NCBI GenBank assembly: GCA_051362555.1 | Contig: CM120642.1 | Location: forward strand, 11,532,001-11,596,000 | Length of the DNA stretch: 64,000 nt | From: Lingula anatina | Taxonomy: Eukaryota; Animalia; Brachiopoda | Direction: 5' to 3' | Shown here: in pieces, positions 59,801 to 64,000 of the stretch | Position numbering within the stretch: position 1 is the first letter of the stretch | Layout: the number at the start of each line of letters is the position of its first letter | Made by a program: the position numbers and the translations under genes | Notes under the pieces: model-generated | The model's database searches: none | Told to the model about the DNA's origin: nothing | The model's input: only the letters and a program-made list of their open reading frames with translations

Positions 59801-61762
59801 GCACTTTGGGCCTTGCTTAAAGTATATGTAATATGCTCGGAACAGTCAAGTTTATGATCAAGAATAAACCCAAGGTGTTTGTGGTATTTTTTCTGTGTTA
59901 TAGCCGTGTTGCATAGAATAAGTGGACTGTACTTTTCTACATTTTCTTTTTTCGTAGTAAAAATCACTTCATTGCACTTTTTTGGTTTAAAAAATAATTT
60001 CCACTTCACTGACCATGCTTCAAGGTATGAGATATCAGACTGGAGAATGTCATGAGCTCTCCTGTTGTCCGGGGTAGACGGGAGAAAAATCGAAGTATCA
60101 TCAGCATATATGAAGCAGTGCGAGATAAGACCATCAGGTAGGTCGTTTATATACAGAAGAAATAGAAGCGGGCCGAGTATACTTCCTTGCGGAACACTGG
60201 TATTGATGTAGTTTGTCTCGGAGACCTTTGAAAGGGTACCGTTTATGCGCACTCTGATTTTCCTATTGTTCAGATAAGAGGCCAAGAGAGAGTGCAGTTT
60301 ACCTCTAAAACCATAGGATATAAGTTTCAGCAATAAGAGACTGTGAGGTACGCTGTCAAATGCAGCAGCAAAATCGAGGAAAATACCTCTAGTATCAAGA
60401 CCATTTCTGAAATTGTCCCTAATCAGATTATCAATCGAAAGCAATTGATATTCTGTGCTGTGTCCACTCAGGAAACCCGATTGTCTGTCATAGAGAAGTT
60501 TATTGTCCATAACATGCCTAATCATTCTCGTATATATGATCCGCTCTAGGACCTTAGATATAACGCTTAACAATGAGATAGGTCTATAGTTTTCTACGTC
60601 AGTTTTGCTGCCTTTCTTGTGCACTGGGCATATATATGCCTCTTTCCATATGTCTGGAAAGACGCCGGTTTGTAGTATCAAGTTAAAGAGGGTGCATAGC
60701 GGATAAGCAATGGATACACTGCATAATTTTAACATTCTTACTGTTATACCGTCTGGTCCGTTAGCCTTGGATGAGTCCAGGCTATTTATTATACAGCTTA
60801 TTTCTTCGGGTGTTGTGTCGAGATCGGTTAAAATAACATCTGTTCTTTGTGGGAAAGTGATATTTGTATCACAGTTTTGATTATCAGAATGGTAGCTTTT
60901 GCCAAAGTGATTTAGGAAGACCTCAGCTTTTTCTTCGTCAGAATTAGCAACATTACCGGTATTTACATTTCCAATCACCGGAATTGACCGATTGAATTTA
61001 TTACCCAGAAGTTTTTTCAATGTTGGCCAATAGTGTTTCTTACTATCTGTTTTAGCTTCAAGTGCTTCGATTAGGCTTTTATAATAAGAGTCTTTAGTTT
61101 CAGATATTAACTGCTTCACCAGGTTACTTTGGGCAACATAGCTGGCGATGTTTACTTGCAACGGGTTCAGTTTTACACGTTGGTACAATTTTCTCTTTCT
61201 ATTTAATTCATGTGTAATTTTGTCATTGTACCATGGGTTCTCATTTCCACGTACTTTACTATGTTTTCTTGGGATATGTTTTTCAAATATGGACATAAGC
61301 GTATCGATAAATTTTTTAGTCAGCAGGTGGACATCGGACTCGAGTTTAAACATGCCGTCCCAGTCGAACTGGGTTATTTCGGTTTTTAGTCCTTCTGGCA
61401 AACTACACTCCAAAACACAAAATTACTGTGGATGGATGTGTGGTATTGATTTTGTTGTTAATTTTGAATGTAATCCGAAATGCCAAGCTATTTTTCTAAT
61501 GTATTTTTAATTACAATGTATCCACAATGTTCCAATGTGATGATAACTGTATCATTTGTTCCTTAGGTATCCAGTAAGCAGGTACCCTGTATTAGCCTTC
61601 ACAGGTGCCCCAGCCTCTTTTCCTGTCAACAAGGAAGATGTCTACCTTCATAAGTACTTGAAATGGTCCAAAGGTATACAGAGTAAAGCAGATGAATTCA
61701 TTAAGAAAAATATTGGCACAGATTCCTTTCTTGGGATTCATTTGAGAAATGGTGTTGACTGG
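56816..61762 (+). CDS. POFUT1: GDP-fucose protein O-fucosyltransferase 1, first five coding exons (continues beyond the window)
   Basis: Exons 56816-56927, 57393-57508, 57875-57998, 58284-58458, 61567-61762. Signal peptide, [74 protein letters not shown]. Confidence 0.96.
58646..61421 (-). mobile_element. 5'-truncated non-LTR retrotransposon (CR1/L2-group LINE) in POFUT1 intron 4
   Basis: TSD ATTACTGTGGA at 58635-58645 and 61422-61432; poly(A) tail (T18 on +) at 58646-58663 with a nearby AATAAA; open RT frame 61413-58924. Confidence 0.93.
58924..61413 (-). CDS. LINE ORF2 fragment: reverse transcriptase plus C-terminal CCHC-like motif; no endonuclease domain (truncated)
   Basis: 829 uninterrupted codons; [74 protein letters not shown]. 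Confidence 0.93.
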   Translation of the reverse strand: MECSLPEGLKTEITQFDWDGMFKLESDVHLLTKKFIDTLMSIFEKHIPRKHSKVRGNENPWYNDKITHELNRKRKLYQRVKLNPLQVNIASYVAQSNLVKQLISETKDSYYKSLIEALEAKTDSKKHYWPTLKKLLGNKFNRSIPVIGNVNTGNVANSDEEKAEVFLNHFGKSYHSDNQNCDTNITFPQRTDVILTDLDTTPEEISCIINSLDSSKANGPDGITVRMLKLCSVSIAYPLCTLFNLILQTGVFPDIWKEAYICPVHKKGSKTDVENYRPISLLSVISKVLERIIYTRMIRHVMDNKLLYDRQSGFLSGHSTEYQLLSIDNLIRDNFRNGLDTRGIFLDFAAAFDSVPHSLLLLKLISYGFRGKLHSLLASYLNNRKIRVRINGTLSKVSETNYINTSVPQGSILGPLLFLLYINDLPDGLISHCFIYADDTSIFLPSTPDNRRAHDILQSDISYLEAWSVKWKLFFKPKKCNEVIFTTKKENVEKYSPLILCNTAITQKKYHKHLGFILDHKLDCSEHITYTLSKAQSALNPLKSLSKTLRSKHLNILYNAYISPLLDYCDVLYSTASLHNLSKLSSLQYQAGLNILGALPGSNRCKVLKQLNWVSLEERRRNHAKKIMFNIHNQLAPSYVSTYFIPFRNKYMLPLRTTSKRDYIIPSKFTYKGPEHFLMTSWDELNTTQKNLPSASSLKYNLRNETFPATMSTTHLKLPRQNEKILNKARVDLLFRAQLYDHNWTAMASPNCLCGKPETIRHFFFQCPLKQRKYRDLYESVEDILGVTYAYFRTQLDKISLFLHGHKTLTSGQNDKIFEIVSDFLIKNV

Positions 61763-62102
61763 GTGAGTTGGGGTATACTGAGTGAGTTCTGTCTGGCTGT
61801 GTTCACAGCTGGACTAATTCAGACCAGAAATATCTAATTGCTTTATATGCATTTATTTGTAAGACGTGCTAGGATGCTGAAACAAACTTGCTTGTTTGCT
61901 TATTTTGGGAGTGGTGGCATTGTTTATGTCATTTTGTTGTCAGAATGAATTAGTAGTAAGCACATTTTGATCAGTATGCTTTTACAGTTATCCTTACAAG
62001 CTGATTCCTTTTTCCTTTTCCTTTAAAGAAAGCTCTTCAGAATACTTCAAAGCACTTTTCCTAAGTATTGATTTGTTATTTCATGGAATTCCATAGATAT
62101 AA

Positions 62103-62270
62103 CAGGGGCATATCCAGAGCTATTTTTCTGACAGTCTTCCAAATTATCTTTGTTGATCCATCCTCCATTGTGACCATCTTCCGACAGAAAACATTAGATA
62201 CCCGTCAATGTAAACTTGAAAATCTGACAGTCTTCCGGAACACTCAGAAGATGGGCTAAATCCGCCCCTG
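62103..62270. mobile_element. MITE family X copy
   Basis: Colinear with 29485-29648; TSD not preserved. Confidence 0.75.
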
Positions 62271-62386
62271 TACCTGGGCATGATGATATATAAAGAAGAA
62301 ACAGTAGGGGTTTCCCAAATGAAAAGACATTTTTTCAAATCAAAATAAATTTTATTGGCAAGTTTTAATCACTCTCTAATGATTAT

Positions 62387-63850
62387 TAGTACCACCAGCG
62401 TATACGCTGGCGGTACTCATGGTTTTAGTCCCGGCCCGTCTCGTACAGCTCCGCCGGCTCCTGCGGCTCCGCCGGCTCCGCAGTCGGGCGCCGGAAACAA
62501 GTCACCGTTACCGCTTCTCCTCCTAGACCGCAAGGACCTGTGTCCCCATCTCTTGGATTTAGGTAACATATAATCTCAACTTGAACCCCCTGGTATTTTT
62601 GTCTCAGTTGGTGCATTGGTCTGGGTGTGATGCTCACTGAAATGCACCCTTGTCAAAATTTTTGAAAATTTGATGCTAAATATCTCCCAAACTGAAGGAA
62701 TTATGGAAAAAGTTACTATAGAGGTCTGACCAAAAGTCATATATGGAGTTTCCAAATATGCCCTTGGATTTGACATTTGACCTTTATTTCAAGGTCAAAC
62801 AGGCCAAAATTTTCTAAAAATGGGAATTTTCTGCAAAAAAAGAATTGTTTGTGCCAATTTTCAGAAACTACATAGACCTAAGCTTTCATATTACAGTGAG
62901 GGCTACTATTTAGGGACTCCCTTCATCTTCGTGGGTTTGGGGTCAATCGGTGCATTTTCACGGGAGAAGCAGTCATTTGATGCCGAAACTAAAAACTCTG
63001 TAATTGTGGAACTGTTTACACTAGAGACGTCTTGTTTTTTGCATGAAGTACAGCTTGTCAAGCACAATACTGGAGGTGGTGTCCATTTTTTTATTTTCCA
63101 TACGGTTTAGGAGTTGCACTTTATTAAATAGTACAACAATGCAATATTCAGTAGTTAACATAAAATGAAAAAATACTCCCAAAATTAGCAGAGATACACC
63201 CATAGAATTTGAATAGGAAGTCATTAACTAGCAATCTAACTGTGACCTTGATATTGACCTTTGACCTACTTTTCATGATGAACTTCACTTTGCAAGTTTT
63301 CTGGTCCTTATATCATCAAAACTAGCAGAGATACACCCATAGTTACCATTGAACTTGAATAGGAAGTGATATACTGACAATCTTAGAGCACATTCCCATA
63401 GATTAAGATCGATCTTACTTGATCGACCTAACTCCCTGCAGTTAGCCGACCACACACAGAATTTAATTATCCCCTTACAGCTTTTAGTAGGCATGACAGG
63501 CACTTAAGCCAGCTAAGCTGACAGTAATCTAGTGAGACTCCCCATGGGGATAGATCGATCTAAAATCTGTGGAAATGGGGTCTTACTGTAACTTTGAAAT
63601 TAGCCTTTGACCTTCAAATTGATCTGTGACCTACTTTTCATAATGAACTGCACTAAAAAAAATTCCCTCCCTTATATCTCTAAAACTGGCAATAGTTGCT
63701 ATTGATCTTGCATAGAAAGTCATATACTGGGAAACTTTTACTTTGAAATTGACCTTTGACCTATTTTTCACCATGAACTGTAGTTTGCAAATTTTCCCAC
63801 CCTTATAAAATATACTGACAGAGAAATGCCCATAGTTACTATTGAACTTA
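62387..63850 (+). mobile_element. HINE-like element, same family as 18589-20624, 3' end not seen
   Basis: Same 5' palindrome GTACCACCAGCG..CGCTGGCGGTAC, shared core and 144-bp TGACCT-rich units; interrupted by a family A MITE at 63386-63582. Confidence 0.8.
63386..63582. mobile_element. MITE family A copy nested in a HINE satellite unit
   Basis: TTA on both flanks; removing it restores the unit sequence ATACTG.CAATCTTA-CTGT.AC.TTGAAATT. Confidence 0.8.
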
Positions 63851-64000
63851 ACCCAAATATAAACAAACTTTGAAATATTGTTTCCATTACAGTTAGAGAG
63901 GAAGTCCTACATTCACAATGATACTACATCCTTGTATTTGACCTTTTACTTTTTCCCACCTGATTTAAAAATATAATAATTATCTATAAAAAATGATAAC

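Overview
AT-rich, intron-rich animal genomic DNA, probably a lophotrochozoan such as a mollusc (inferred from retained U12 splicing, HINE-type repeats and protein similarity; not provable here). Ten spliced protein-coding genes were reconstructed by hand: USP12/46 (-), RPL21 (+), SPCS3 (-, with a U12 AT-AC intron), PRCP (+), SPART (-, with a GC-AG intron), TMEM184C (+), an uncharacterised somatomedin-B-like ectodomain protein with a GPI-type tail (+), two tandem uncharacterised 5-exon paralogues (-), and the 5' part of POFUT1 (+). The two paralogues are almost invisible in the ORF track. Each encodes a signal peptide, a pro-region, one TNF-receptor-like Cys-rich domain, a S/T stalk and a GPI-type tail, with no cytoplasmic domain, and one has a TATA box abutting a consensus NF-kB site. 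They are candidate inducible decoy TNF receptors and the most interesting signal in the window. Eight genes form four compact head-to-head pairs. Mobile DNA includes a young 5'-truncated LINE with an intact RT ORF and an 11-bp TSD, three Helentron-associated (HINE-like) elements carrying satellite arrays, a Tc1 relic, and MITE families with TTAA, 3-bp and 5-bp target duplications. All family assignments come from recognised motifs; no database search was run.
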